Shown here one piece after another: positions 50,101 to 62,447 of a stretch of DNA of 64,000 nt (within the stretch, counting starts at the first letter, position 1; each line of letters starts with the position of its first letter). Source of the stretch: Bispira polyomma. Its lineage: Eukaryota. The notes under the pieces were generated by a model, which was given only the letters and a program-made list of their open reading frames with translations, was not told the DNA's origin and made no database searches. The position numbers and the translations under genes were made by a program. The DNA lies in assembly GCA_965649765.1 (NCBI GenBank), contig OZ287754.1, forward strand, positions 12,028,001 to 12,092,000, given 5' to 3'.

Positions 50101-53100
50101 GGAGAAGTTCAAGCGCTTGGAGGAGAGGGTCAGTGAACAGGAGCAACAACGGGACTCACAACTGTCAATATAGTCCAGACCATCAGCCCACAGCTCGCCA
50201 AAGCCCAGGAAAGCGGCTTCTGGAGCGTGCACGCAGGCGTCGGGAGTGCAGAAGTTACCATCCATAGATTTCTTGCGATCAGACTCCACCATCCAAGACG
50301 AAGTAGACAAGCGGCTGTGACAATATGATGACCTATCCAGGGAGGAATTACCAGGTACTGTAAGCAAACGGTCACTTAAATCGGGCAGATACAGGGTGGG
50401 GGACCAGCGTGTCAAAATTGTGGTCCCCTGGCCTCATGAGTTATGTATGTTGGGTGAAAACCTTAAGATGACGACGTACGAAGAACTGAGTATTTAACAA
50501 TGGGTACAGGGTTTTGCAAGGTGCATGCTCCACGAAAACGACGCCGAAATCCGCAAAAACATGCTACACTACCAATACCTGCTTATGCAGGATGCCATAG
50601 ACCTTTTGTGGCCCACTGCTAAACGGGCCCACACTGCCATACTATCAGAAATAGAAAGGGGAAAGCTGGCTTGGGAGGACCTCGACAGTATTGATCGGGT
50701 ACATCAGCGCTTCACGCAGCAGACACTTAAAACGCCATATGCAGGTACCACTTCTGGGGCGAATAAGGAGCAAAGTAACAAGGTTGTAGTTTGTGGGAAA
50801 TATGCCAAAGGTTTCTGTAAGTATGAAGGAGGCCACTACGAAGGCGGGAAGCTCCAGAAGCACTCGTGTGGCTTCTGCTACAGAACAGTCAATAAAAATT
50901 ATGAGCACTCAGAGGCCAAGTGCAATCGCAAGGTGAAGGAGAGTGGTAAGCCCCACGAAAGTGACAAGGATCAACGAGTTTGATAAAATTAGTAGATTAC
51001 CCTTAAGAGTAAACAATACACCCCTGAGTGTGCTAGGCAAAATTTATTCTGATTACCATTCATACAAAGGCTGTATATCACACAGTATATTCTGGGGGAG
51101 TAAGCACCTGGGAAATTGTTTTTGTCGTTGGTGTAGTCGAGATAGACACTCAAATTATAGGGGTGTTTTGGCTGCTCTTGTAAAAAGGGAAAGTTGCAAA
51201 TGGGATAATTCTTATGAACACATTAAAGTGCTATTGTCTCCTACCAGTCAACAGCAACAAGTATATCAGTTAACAGATGTTAATTTTAACGGTGCTATAG
51301 GGCAGTCCCATAGCACGGGCATTATTGCCAGTGGTGAGCAATCAAGCATAAAGGACAGTATTAAGGTTCAATTATGTGCCAGTACCAGCATTACATATGA
51401 TTGGTATGACAACACGGGTGTTTCTGATCATATATGTAACTCAAGTGTTGATAGCTTTTCAGCACATATGTTTAGCTATAATTATAGTGTTTCACAAAGC
51501 GACGAGTTTTGTATAGATCAGACATTAAGCTCTGATCACACGTACATGGCGCCAGTAGCCATATTACAAAGTACTACATTTAGTTCAAACCTAAACAGTT
51601 CACTAGGGGGCCAGGGCTCTCATAGTATCAGTTCTATAATTGCCAGTGACACAAGTAATTGTTCATTTAGTGTTAGTATGGCTCTCAGAGAGGGCCAATT
51701 TGGTAATATGATTAATTGGGTAGAGAACGAGTCTAAGGCAGAAATAGGTGTCGGGAAAGAACATGGCATAAGGCTTAGTCTTAGCAAGGGAAGTACTGAT
51801 GAATGACTTAGCTGTCCTGTGTGAATATTTAGAATATGGCTTCCCCCTTACACTGAACTATAGTACTTTTCAGTACAATAAACAAGTTAGGAATCATGCT
51901 TCCGCTGTAAACTTCCCTGAGGCAGTGCAAAAGTACCTAGATCCAGAAGTTAGTTACAAGGCTATAGTGGGTCCTTTGTCAGAGCCCCCCTTTAGTAAAT
52001 TTTACGTGTCACCCATGATGTTCCGCCCAAAACCAAACGGGTCGAGAAGAATTATTGTAGATTTATCCTGGCACCATGGGTCTAGTGTTAATGAGGGTGT
52101 TCCCACAGATGCTTTCGACGACATACAATTCCAGTTAAAGTATCCCACAATAGACAACATAGTAGAAAAAATAGCCTGCCTAGGCCCAGAGGCACTTTTA
52201 TATAAAATAGATTTGCAGAGAGCCTATAGAAACTTGAGGTCAGACCCCCTTGATTATGCAGTCCTGGGCCTTAATTGGGGTGAATCCTACTATGTTGACG
52301 TCAGTGTCCCGTTTGGCCTAAGGTCAGGCGCATGCCAAATGGTTACCGATTCTATAACCTACTTAATGCATTCAAATAATTACTGGGTCTGTTCTTATTT
52401 GGACGATTGCATCGGGATATCGCCTCCTGGAAAGGCTAATACAGCATTCTTGAATTTGAAAAACCTAATAATAGAACTGGGTCTTCCCATTAACCAGGAA
52501 AAACTTGACGCTCCGACTGAGAGCCTTACTTGCTTGGGTATTAATATTAATGCTAGAACGGGCGTGTTGACAATTCCTGAGGATAAATTATTAGAGGCTA
52601 AGCTTTTGTGCACATAATGGTCACACAAGACCACAGCAACCAGAAAGGGCCTTCAAAAGTTGTTGGGAAAGTTATTTACATACACAGATGTGTCAAACCT
52701 GCGAGAATGTTTGTCAACAGAATCTTAGCCATTTTGAGGGGGACTCCCCCCAACGAGTCAGTGCCATTGTCGGCGAGGTTTCACAAAGACATTAAGTGGT
52801 TTTGTACATTTCTCAATAAGTATAATGGGGTCACGGCTATGCATACAAAAGAACAATATGTCCACCAAGTGTTTGTTGATGCCTCTCTTTATCCTTTTGG
52901 AATAATGAAGTGTACTCAGTTGATATCCCTGCAGCTTATAATGTGACTCTTAGTATAGTACATTCCTAACTATGACATTTGATATTGTAGGTAACCCACT
53001 GGCTAGAGAGTTAATGGCTGGGGTCAACGCACGTGTAGATACCGGATTTCGTCCACGAACATCCACAGCATACCAGGCAAAGTTTAGGGTTTTTACAGCC

Positions 53101-56100
53101 TTTTTGTCCTGTATAAAGTTTAAAACTCCTTACGAGTTACAATCTGTACTTTTGTTCATAGAGTATTTAGCTCAACAGGGTCTTAGAAGCCAAAGTATTA
53201 CAGGATACTTGGCTGTCCTCAGGCATTTTTTCCAGATGTACAAGTTTCCAACCCATGCCCTCTCAGATAGGAAGGTTACCTTGATGTTGAGATCCATTAC
53301 CAACAATGCCCCTCTTAAATACAAGATAAAGGGGGTTTTTTCTATACACAAGTTACAGCAGCTAATCACTCTGGTGGAGGGGTTTCCAGGGGCTCCAGTA
53401 TATAAAGCCATTTTCCTCTTGGGGTTTTTGGGATTTATAGATTAGCTACATTGGTCCCAAATGCAGTGGCTCAATTTCAGCCTTCTAGGTTCCCAACTCA
53501 GGAGGATGTTATTTGGGGGGAAACCAGGCGCGCACATAATAACTAAGTGCGCAATAAATATGCAGAAATCAGGTCAAATGCAGGTGGTACAGGTTCCTCG
53601 TATACAAGGCTCAAATTTGTGCCCGGTCCAAGCTTTACATAACATAATACCACAAAAGGTGTCTGCTAAAGCCCCTCTGCTGCAATTTTGCCATCAAGGG
53701 ACCACAACAGTGGTCACAGCCCACAAGGTGCGCAGGCGGTTAGCCCAGTTGTTACAAAAGACTGATCTGTCCCCAAGGGAGTTTGGCTTCCATTCTTTGT
53801 GGAGGTCTGGGGCGTCGTGGGCCTTTGACCACAAAATAGACCTGGACTACATTAAGGTACATGGGGGTTAGCGCTCCGATGCAATCTGGAAGCAAACACC
53901 TTTAAACAGCATTTAACAAAACATAACAACTACTAATACTTTGGGTTTGGCATTTTATCATATACATAATACACTTTAGTTTTTAAATACATTGGTAATA
54001 ATACTTTACATAGTCCTTAAATAAGTTAAGGTACCCTTAAACTGAAGCATGCCTTAATTAAGGTGGTAAAAGTGACTTCTAAGGTCACCTTAAATGGAGT
54101 TTAAGTGCTAGCATGCATAAACAAATAAGGTAAGCAAGGGCAAGTTAAGGTAATCATATTTAAGGCCTTGAGGCGAATCATGGTTTTGTGAGAAACAATC
54201 TCCAAAGAAATTGCAAAAGTCAACGACTATTAGAGGTTAGTAAATGACCATCGTGTATATTTCAAGACGCAATAATATCTATGATGATAAGAACTTTTGG
54301 AATGGTAAATAGTGACATATATATATTATGAAAATAGGCATATGTCACAGAGTATTTTAGGTGTCAAACAAATACTGGTGAAAATGTAAACTGACCGTTT
54401 GATAAAGTTACTATGGCCAACAAATAATCAGTTATAGTAGTGTTGAAATAGTCATATGAGTAGATATAATGTCTCTCCACTCACCTTTATTGGAAGTCTC
54501 TGATGACTGTAAAGTTCAAAGAAACCCTCAAGTTGTAACTCAAAGTACCTGTACAAAAGTTAAACTTTACATGTTGGTCGACTGCTATACTTTTGTAAAT
54601 GGCAAAGTAACATGGTTAGAGGTAATTATGTAGATATTATAAAATTATTTTAAAAGGACAATCAACTTATAAATAAAGTCATTGATTCTACAAAACATAG
54701 ATTTATATACTAAAATCATACCTTCCATCAAAAGACTTTAAATGTGGGTCATTGTGAATGTGGCAGTACTTTCCTGACAAAGCTGTCTCACCGTCATATA
54801 CACTGATCTAAATGGGAAATTGCAAAAAAGAACAAAACTTATTCTTGATCTTAAAAGAATACTTCCAAATAACATTTTCATCAAATCGTCATGTAATGTA
54901 CTATGTAACCAGTCACATAAATAACATACAAACCTCTTCAAGTAATAAACAGTAATAATTTGTCATTTTGGAAATGCCTATTCTTTTAAAATCTGGTAAA
55001 ACAGGTTCCAGATAGTACCCAAGTTAATAGCATACTGTACCTGTGTTTGTGGTAGCACCCCCTGCCAGAGTAAATTATTGAATTCATCCACCACCTCTGT
55101 CACAAAGAGTATGCTAACCTCCTTGCTTACTGAATATCTGCCATCTATTTTGGGAGAAACTGGTGTTGTGATGCGAGTTGCCACACTTGTGCTTGCCTTG
55201 GTGACGTAAGTGGTCGATATGTAGTTCAATTGAGTTACAACTGAAATCTGCTCTTTAAATAAAACTGTAGCTGTTCCAGTGATGACGGGTCTTAGACGAA
55301 TCTCCACACTACAATCGGTGCTACCATTACAAAGATAGCTGCAGCTAAGAGGAAGGAACAGGTCTGCGATGTAGTCGATGGCTCCAGCCCCTTCGAATAG
55401 ATCTATAGTCTTGGTAGTACTTTCCAATCCCACACTGATAGGGTAATAGGCAGAGGTGGTCATTCCAAATTCATTCTCATTTGATCTCTTTTGGCTTATT
55501 CTACAAACTAACTAAAATTTTGTGAAAAGAAATATGAGAATACATATGTATGTTACTTTGTAGTCAAGTCAGAGAAAACATTCAACATTAGCTATATTAT
55601 TATGTAGGAACATATAAACTAGTTTTTATCGCCTGTTCGATAGATTCTACAGGCAAATATAGTATGTGCATGGTAGCATACATGGCTTCTATATGATATT
55701 GCAGTCTGTCAGTATAGTTCAGGATTGAGTTGACACAAGGCCAGGGTCAGGGATAAGTACATGGATGAAAAATTTAAGTATTACACTTTCCGACTTGACG
55801 GTGATCAATCTTAATATGAAAAGGTAATAAAGGAATGCTATTCTCAAAATACCTTAGCTTAGTTTCAGTCTTAACTGTAATGTCTACTTCTCACATTCAG
55901 AGCCATGGTTTCCTTGGATTTAGCAATAATAATAAATATTATAATTCTTGGATGAAACTGGAGTCGTTGATGGAGAACCTTGGGTTCAAAAGACAATAAT
56001 TGCAAAAATATGATACATACATACCTCCACATTCTGCAATTCCGGGTTGACTTCCAGTATTTTAGACACTGGCAACTCAAAAGGTTGGTTACAGAACTGC

Positions 56101-59100
56101 ATGACATCTTGCTGTAATATGACCTCTTTTTCAAGCCATGTCACCCTAAGATCTACATCAAACACATCCTGTGATATGGAACACAAGTATACAGTCTCCT
56201 TTCTACACATGCCATTACCTAGTGTCACTTCCCTCTCTTCAGCACGGATAGACACCTGTATACCTTCGTAGAAAATGTCTGTAAACAAGAACAGAAAATA
56301 TTTTTAATGTTTATTGACATTAATATTTTTACTTTTTGAGCATCCCAATTGATGACCATGCATCCTATGTGGCGCACATCCCAATCAGTAAGCAAAATAA
56401 TAGTCTGATAGGAGAAAAGGATTCGTAATCACAGTTCAGTCGTCAGCAGGAGACAAAAATGTTTTTGTTGACTTCTCTATTGGGTACCAATGCAAACAAA
56501 TACAATATTGTTTGTTCTCGGTCTACTTAAGTCCTCTTGAAGCACAGAAAAATATATCCCACAATGCAACATTTAACCCAAATCTACCAAACAGGTAAAA
56601 GCAAGTTTACCTCATTTTCGTCCACAGACTTACTTTGATAGATTGGTACATAAAATCTAAACTATATCGAGCTATGATGATATCTAACCATAGAACTGAA
56701 AGGTGTTTATTAACTTTTGAGATAAATATATTATTATTATGCATTTTAATACGCTTTTTTGAAGCTAGGCATCTCCTAAAGCACAACAACAGAATCGGTG
56801 AGCCAATCATGTTGTCCATGGACATAATAAAGTTAAAAGGAAAAATGTAGGGGTATACAAAAGGGAACTGGGGTGTGTAACCATAGCTAAAAATATAGGT
56901 TTTTGGCATCACTTCTATTAAAACTGTTAAAAAAGATTTATATTCCACTGAATATATAATTTAATTCGGGCAATAATACAAAACATTTAAATCAAATTGT
57001 GACAAACTGAGTCAATGATTCACCTACCTGCTGGGCGGCACTCTTCAGAGGCAGGACCATCTGAATATGAATAGAACAATAAAGCTGTTACACCTTACTT
57101 CTTCAGGTATATTCAATGAAATTGTTTTTGATGATATATTACTATTTATATTTTTGCTACTGCTAGATCTTGAATTCAATTAATGTTATCACAACAAATA
57201 TCAATTAGCTTAAATATAATTAGTGTCATCATTTATAGGAAATGAATGTAGCAAAAAGACATACTATGTAACCTGCACTAGCAACTTCCTGTGCAGAACG
57301 AGGTACGGACAAAATGTATTCGGACAAAAAGTATTGGACCAAAAAGAACCTAGACAAAAGGTATTTGGACAAAAGTATCAAACATAGGACAAAAAGGATT
57401 TTTATTTTTTTTGCTAAACATTTATTATTATATGAACATAAACATTAACATATGTCCAATTAATTTGTACATAGATGCCATTAGTTGTCTAGTTGTCCTT
57501 CAGATATGCAACTTAACACAGTCTTATAGTATATCCTACTGACTTAAGGAAATCTTCCATGCTTTTTTCACCATTCTGCATCTAAGTTATCCATCTATAC
57601 ATAACTTTAATCCTACCTTGTTGCTTGTAATTATCTCCATGTCGAAAATAATTTGAATAATGACCAGAACAAATTTATCCAGTTTATATAGTTGTACATC
57701 CTAATCTCCCTGAGCAGGTCCATATCTTTAATCTATGCTCTGACTTTTTTGTGCACCTTTTGTAAAAAGATATTCAAAATAAAAACTCATACTAAAAAAT
57801 ACTTTTTGTCCTATGTGTGATACTTTTAGTCCAAATACTTTTTGTCTAGGTTCTTTTTGGTTCAATACATTTTGTCCAAATACTTTTTGTCCTACATCCG
57901 TACAGAACTACCCCCTGTCTATAAAGGATGGTTTAAAAGTCACCCCTCACTTTTAGGTTTTTAGCTAGAATGTTATAAGTTGTTTTCGTCTCTTTTGGGG
58001 TTTCTTTATATGTACATTTTATACTTTATTAAGATTCACATTTTGAAATACTTTAACAGTAATTTTATGGCCACCTTACCTCTGATGAGTTATAACTTAA
58101 AATTGCTTGCATATTCCCACCTGTTAAGGGGACCTTAAATTTGTGTATTATACTTAAGTTAACTTTGTTGTACTGAATGTTATACTTAAGTTTAAACTTA
58201 AATTAATGGTTTGTTATAATATACTAAACAGTCTAAACGTAAACTCAGTTTACCAACCTTAACTTTTACTTAAGTTAACCTGAAACATGTAAGGCGGTCT
58301 TAAACTCATATCTATGAGTATGTAGATATATATTTTATATTTAACAAATAATAAACTAATATACCCCAGTGCTAATCTATGTGTGTTACAAAGTCAAATT
58401 ATCATAGCTAAGGCATTACCAAGGTCAACCTGATATAACAGGGAGAGGCACTGCTTTAAAAATCACCCCCAGTGTTTCTTTTAAAATGGACGTTTGATTA
58501 AACTACCTGTACAATGCGACTCCCCTTTGATCTCCAAACAAAACACACAAACAAATACTACCCCCACCTTGTACAAAGCAGATTATTAATTGTCATTTCG
58601 TGGGAGAGTGCTTACGAGTACCGCTCCCCCCCCCCCCCCAAAATCCCTCCTCCGTACTCAATGGCCTGCCAAATACAACAAGTGTATGACGTCACAGTGT
58701 AGCCTAACGCAGTTATGAAGGACAGGCATTGCAGTATAAATGTTGTTTATTTCTGAAATGTTACATGTTTTTTAATACTACTGTTGACTAAAATATTTAC
58801 ACTAAAAGAATGTAAAATAAATTCTACAATTCTACACAGTACTAAAGCACAATATAAATACACGAGCACGTTATGACATGAGTGTGCCCAACATTTATTG
58901 AGCACTTGTAGCCACCCACATCGGACATATGTGAGGACATTATGTAACATACCATATTATATAAACACGGTACTGAGATGTTCAATGTATAATATAACAG
59001 GTTACAAAGCAGAGTGTATTACCAATTGGTGTAATGGCATGTTTATAGAGAAAAGACCACCTAGATTTAGAGAAAGACCACCTAGATATAAAAACCCTTT

Positions 59101-60163
59101 TTAAAATTTCCTAGGGGGCTGTGGTGGCCTAGTGGTTAGTAAGCATTGCGCTTCACAATCACTGGTCTCTCACCTCTGGGCGGCGTGAGTTCGACTCCCG
59201 TCGATGCCTATGTGGGAAAGGTGGTAGTTCCTTAATGTGGGCCACTGGTTTCAGTGCAGAACCTTGATCAACTGTATGCAGTGTTTCCTCCAGCATTTCC
59301 AACTATCCGTCCTAATATAACCTAAACAGGTACCAGAGTGGAAGTTAAATATTCCAATTCCAATTCAAATTTAAAATTTCCCATCACTTCAAAAATGACT
59401 TATAACTTATTAGAAATAGTTTGTGACACAGAGGAAACCCTATGATAGTTTCAATTCTCAAGAATTCATGTGTCACTTCTGATGACTTTTTACAGACATT
59501 TACCAAAATAATGAAGCATTTGTTTTATATATAACTATAAAATAGCTTACCAAGGCAGGATGATGAATTGTCTTGACACTGTTGGGCAGTCTGGTCAAAT
59601 ACCAAATCTGGACTGAAAGTGAATTACACCAGTTTAATAATTCTTTGGGGCATTTTAACAGTTAAGTGAAAAAACATGAAGTTATGTCATAATGTCATAG
59701 GGTGATATCATCAGTAATGAGACAAGATGTACTATTTAATCTTTATATTCTGATATAATATAATGAAAATACTGAATATTACTGTTTGTAATATGTATGG
59801 TGACATCACAGCATTTTTAAATTTTGTCCGTGCAAATATTTTTTTAAAAGTGACATGTGGTGCAATTATAATTTATGAAGAACATAAAAAGCTATGTTAC
59901 TGTGAACAATTCTACAAATACAATATACCATTCAGGGGGTGAAGAACTGAACTTGCTAGCACCTTAATGCCAACCCGCACAGTCCAAGATAAATGGAGAA
60001 GACTGTCTTTAGTTTGAAAGGTAAATACCAAATTCTTATGTCTAACCTTACCTGCATGACCAGTATTTAAGGACACCTGAGGTACACTGTACATAGACAT
60101 CACATCCGAGACAGGAGTGGTACTTGCCATCACTTACTAAGTAACAATCGCTGATACAGTCAC
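38096..60163 (-). CDS. Spliced gene: VWDE-like type I membrane protein with an N-terminal chitin-binding type-2 domain (>=969 aa; 5' end not resolved)
   Basis: Exons in transcript order: 60052-60163, 59551-59612, 57028-57060, 56025-56278, 55041-55511, 54722-54807, 54485-54548, 48941-49126, 47890-48119, 46941-47089, 46528-46652, 45988-46137, 45105-45297, 42978-43168, 42174-42386, 40950-41058, 39940-40075, 39200-39269, 38096-38173. All are GT-AG and phase-consistent, open to a TGA at 38096. A possible further upstream exon lies at 62593-62649. Confidence 0.8.
39940..40075 (-). CDS. TM exon of the VWDE-like gene
   Basis: VVLYIILGVAAAFALVIVMVTIAIIKG; phase 1-2. Confidence 0.85.
40950..47089 (-). 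CDS. Post-VWD, EGF-like and Cys-rich exons of the VWDE-like gene
   Basis: ...DTCIEDIF|ITGDTDFA...ICPADCSDYGQCTQ|GECVCDEDYTGTDCS...VSISNNNESYS...IYDSNCWIC...SCVIDAEC...ICDPQSNEYDWT. Confidence 0.85.
41447..41681 (+). mobile_element. tRNA-derived SINE
   Basis: GTTGTGGGTTTGAATCTCA (B box), CTTGCTGAAGGC and TTCCTCCACCA; related to 63225-63460. Confidence 0.65.
43330..44910 (-). mobile_element. Degenerate L2/CR1-like LINE ORF2 fragment
   Basis: LDPIPTSLLKEC...INLSLQEGIFPSCFKTA...NYRPVS; GSVLGPVLF; YSDDTQIY; KLKLNPDK. Confidence 0.85.
45593..45776. mobile_element. Tc1/mariner-pogo-type MITE
   Basis: TA-CAGTAGAACTTCTAT ... ATAGAAGTTCTAGAG-TA inverted ends. Confidence 0.55.
47890..54807 (-). CDS. 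VWD domain exons 54722-54807, 54485-54548, 48941-49126, 47890-48119
   Basis: YCHIHNDPHLKSFDGRYFELQLEGFFELY...VCGVAVQSGGD...IYLPTGGKV...DVNNVEGICG...DFINSWR, which carries the VWD hallmarks xDPH-xxFDG, GxCG and F..SWR. Confidence 0.85.
48176..48360 (-). mobile_element. Internally deleted SINE of the same family as 59112
   Basis: The minus strand begins GGGGCCACAGTGACCTAGTTG...GCTTCACAATCATTGGTCTCTCACC. Confidence 0.7.
51799..52946 (+). pseudogene. RT/RH remnant of copy 3
   Basis: RT motifs as above; frameshift near 52615; RH breaks off after VFVDASL. Confidence 0.88.
52991..53900 (+). pseudogene. Tyrosine recombinase remnant of copy 3
   Basis: GFRPRTSTAY, LCPVQAL, FHSLWRSGASWAF; frameshifts and stops. 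Confidence 0.88.
55041..56278 (-). CDS. VWDE-like gene exons 56025-56278 and 55041-55511 (region before the VWD domain)
   Basis: These coincide with ORF-track entries 55986-56288 and 54978-55463; a phase-0 junction gives ...NVE|LVCRISQ... Confidence 0.75.
56725..56950 (-). mobile_element. 5'-truncated 3' end of the same LINE family
   Basis: CTAAAGCACAACAACAGAATC and the (TAT)n tail are the reverse complement of 62360-62447; a KTYIFSYGY C-terminal remnant is present. Confidence 0.7.
57300..57899. mobile_element. Non-autonomous Mutator/MULE-like DNA transposon
   Basis: ~100-bp TIRs built from GGACAAAA subrepeats (57303-57400 and 57795-57899); 9-bp TSD GTGCAGAAC/GTACAGAAC; internal minus-strand peptide MEDFLKSVGYTIRL may be a transposase C-terminal remnant. 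Confidence 0.8.
57993..58453 (+). mobile_element. Orphan B-type terminal repeat of an Ngaro-like element
   Basis: Colinear with B1 of copy 2: TTTTGGGG start, GGCCACCTTACC, TTAAGGGGACCTTAA, AGTATGTA, CTAATATACCCCA, GTGTTACA, and a GGCACTG end. Confidence 0.7.
59112..59369 (+). mobile_element. tRNA-derived SINE (Meta-SINE-like), full length with TSD
   Basis: A box TGGCCTAGTGG, B box GTTCGACTC, TGTGGGAAAG...TTTCCTCCA core, (ATTCCA)n tail; TSD TTTAAAATTTCC at 59100-59111 and 59370-59381. Confidence 0.85.
59551..60163 (-). CDS. Chitin-binding type-2 (peritrophin-A/CBM14-like) domain, 2 exons (60052-60163, 59551-59612)
   Basis: CISDCYLVSDGKYHSCLGCDVYVQCTSGVLKYWSCSPDLVFDQTAQQCQDNSSSC. Confidence 0.75.
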
Positions 60164-60619
60164 CTAAAATTTAGTTTTTCTTAAATAACATATACCAATA
60201 TACCTTTATTTTGGGTAGTGACCCCAGTACAAGTTCCCTAAATGTTATTGAATAGTATATTTCCATGTCCACTGCTCCTCTCGATGGGTGAAGATATAAA
60301 AAAGATATCACTCATTATTTCTTCACTTCATATAGCAGTACCAGTAAAATCAAACAACATTGTGTTTTGTTACAATAAAGACATATTTTTTGTTACACTA
60401 AATAAATACACATTAACCTGTTCCACTTCCACACACTTTGAAAAGGTCGTTCTAAAACTCTAAAATCCTCTCCTATTAAATTTTGTGACTAGATCATGTC
60501 CTAGCCATTATTCTTAGTCAATGGCTGGGCATTCTGGTCACACCTATGACCAACATAATAAACTTTGTTTTAAAACTGCTAATGTTACTGCTTTGCTAAA
60601 AAAAACAGGGCTCAAAAAA

Positions 60620-62447
60620 AAAAAAAATTAAAAAACTACAGATCAGTGTCAAGTATCACCTTTATCTCTAAACTCTTCACAAAATCCGTGGAACAACAAA
60701 TCTCTGACCACCTCAGCACACATAACATCAAAAATTGTCACCAATCTGCTTACAGAAGTTTTACTCTACAGAAAATGCCCTTTTCGTATCAGTAATGATA
60801 TTATATATTTGCCTTGGACCGCAACAAAACCGTGGCACTCTCCCTTATTGATATCTCAGCAGCCTTTGATACAATCGACCATGGCTTACTTTGCGACACT
60901 CTCAAACAATGGTTTGAACTAAATGGTACTGTCCTTAATTGGATCAGATCTTTTCTTATTCTTAGAGCATAAAAAATAAATTACGATCACTTATCATTCT
61001 CCTTCAACCATCCACACATAGTACCCCAGGGTCTGTCCTTGGGCCTTTACTTTTTACCCTCTGTACACATCCCCTCAGCACTGTTAGCAATAACCATAAT
61101 ATCAAACACCACATGTATGCTGACGACACTCAAGTCTATCTCTCTCTTAAACCTCAAAATGCACACAAAAATATTGATCTACATTTTGACTGTCTGTCCT
61201 CTGTCCGAGCGTGGGTGAACTACTGCAAATTAAAATTAAATCCTGACAAACTGAATTCTTACTCATTGGAAAAAACAAACACAGTGAGCTCTTAAAATCA
61301 TTGTTCCCATATCCCTTTTGGGTAAACATATAATACCTTCCGAAAATGCCCAGTCACTTTTGACTCTGTCTTATTGTTTGACACATATATTGGCAACATA
61401 TGCCGCTTCTGCTATTACTAAATTTCTGACATTAAAATAATCAGAAACCACTAGACACTGCTATAACGGTTGCAAATGTTGTTGTAAGTAGTCGCCTTGA
61501 CTACTGCTACTCCCTTTTGTTTGGAGTAAACAAGTCACAGATTAAAAACCTGCAGTCCATTCAAAACTATCAATGCAGGGTTATTTTCCGTGTGGGAACT
61601 CACACTGATGTGTTGCTATACCTCAAAAAACTACACTGGCTTCTAATTTACTATACTATTTTGTTCAAAATTCCAGTCCCTACCACTCCCAAGCCAAGAA
61701 GAACTAATTCATAAGGGTATATATATTTTTATTTTATAAAATGTATATGTAAAACAGTGTAAAAAATAATTTAAACTGCAGTCTATGTACATTTCTAGTA
61801 GATTATACAAATTATTAACGTTACAATATTTCAATCTTAAGATGACGGTCATGTGGGTCTTCTAACTCTTTGAGTTTAAGTTTTATGTCAAATTTAACTT
61901 TTCACTTTAAGTTTGGTGAGCATAGGACTTACAATATAAGCTGTACACCTCAATTGTTACATGTTGTTTCTATGGACTAACTTTTTGAGCACTAACCTAT
62001 TCTGAGGGTAAAAGGGTGGGTGGGAAATCAAACGTTACTGCCACACTTGTCTGTGGCTAAATTTAAACTGAATGTAGAAATGCATGTCATCACATTCAAT
62101 GCTGTAGTCACTCAACAGCGGTCCTACCTTGCTTTCCTTCTCTCTTTCAGTAATATGAAGAGAGTAAACAGACATTATGTTTCTTCTGTAAAACCCACCA
62201 GTATGGATCCAGAGCTTTCTCTATTGCAGCCCACTTGGCATGGAACAGTATCCCAATTGACCTCAGATTACTGGAAACACTTATTGATTTCAGGAAAAAG
62301 ATTAAAACTTACAGTTTAAGCCATGCTTACCTACCTTAGTTCCCTCCTGTACACTCCTCCTGTGTGCATGGACTACACTGATTCTGTTGTTGTGCTTTAG
62401 AAGATGACCAGCATGAATAAAGTGCATTAAAAATGCATAATAATAAT
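60620..62447 (+). mobile_element. Degenerate L2/CR1-like LINE with its 3' end (interrupted at ~61700-62120)
   Basis: DISAAFDTIDH, PQGSVLGP, YADDTQVY, KLKLNPDK, SRLDYC, YGSRAFSIAA..WN; (AAT)n tail at ~62437-62447. Confidence 0.85.

Larger units (their letters stand above)
49450..54180 (+). mobile_element. Ngaro-like YR retrotransposon, copy 3 (degenerate; RH partly deleted, 3' end truncated)
   Basis: gag ~49775-50983; RT 51799-52617 (RRIIVDLSW, KIDLQRAYR, YLDDC); YR ~52991-53900 (FHSLWRSGASWAF); B-like palindromes 54026-54170. Antisense within a VWD intron. Ends are approximate. Confidence 0.88.

Noticed and set aside
49807-50415. Antisense ORFs over gag/pol/YR (e.g. 202 aa here, 6719-7045, 13830-14162)
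   Set aside because: Shadows of coding sequence; not conserved between element copies.
50930-50990. Frameshift cassette in copy 3
   Set aside because: No slippery heptamer is visible, only a short CAC-GAAA-GTG stem; too degraded to call.
58082-58110. Hammerhead ribozyme (CTGATGA)
   Set aside because: No GAAA core after the putative stem II and no supporting stems.
59113-59190. tRNA gene
   Set aside because: It has A and B boxes but continues into a SINE core and tail and is bounded by a TSD; no clean cloverleaf.
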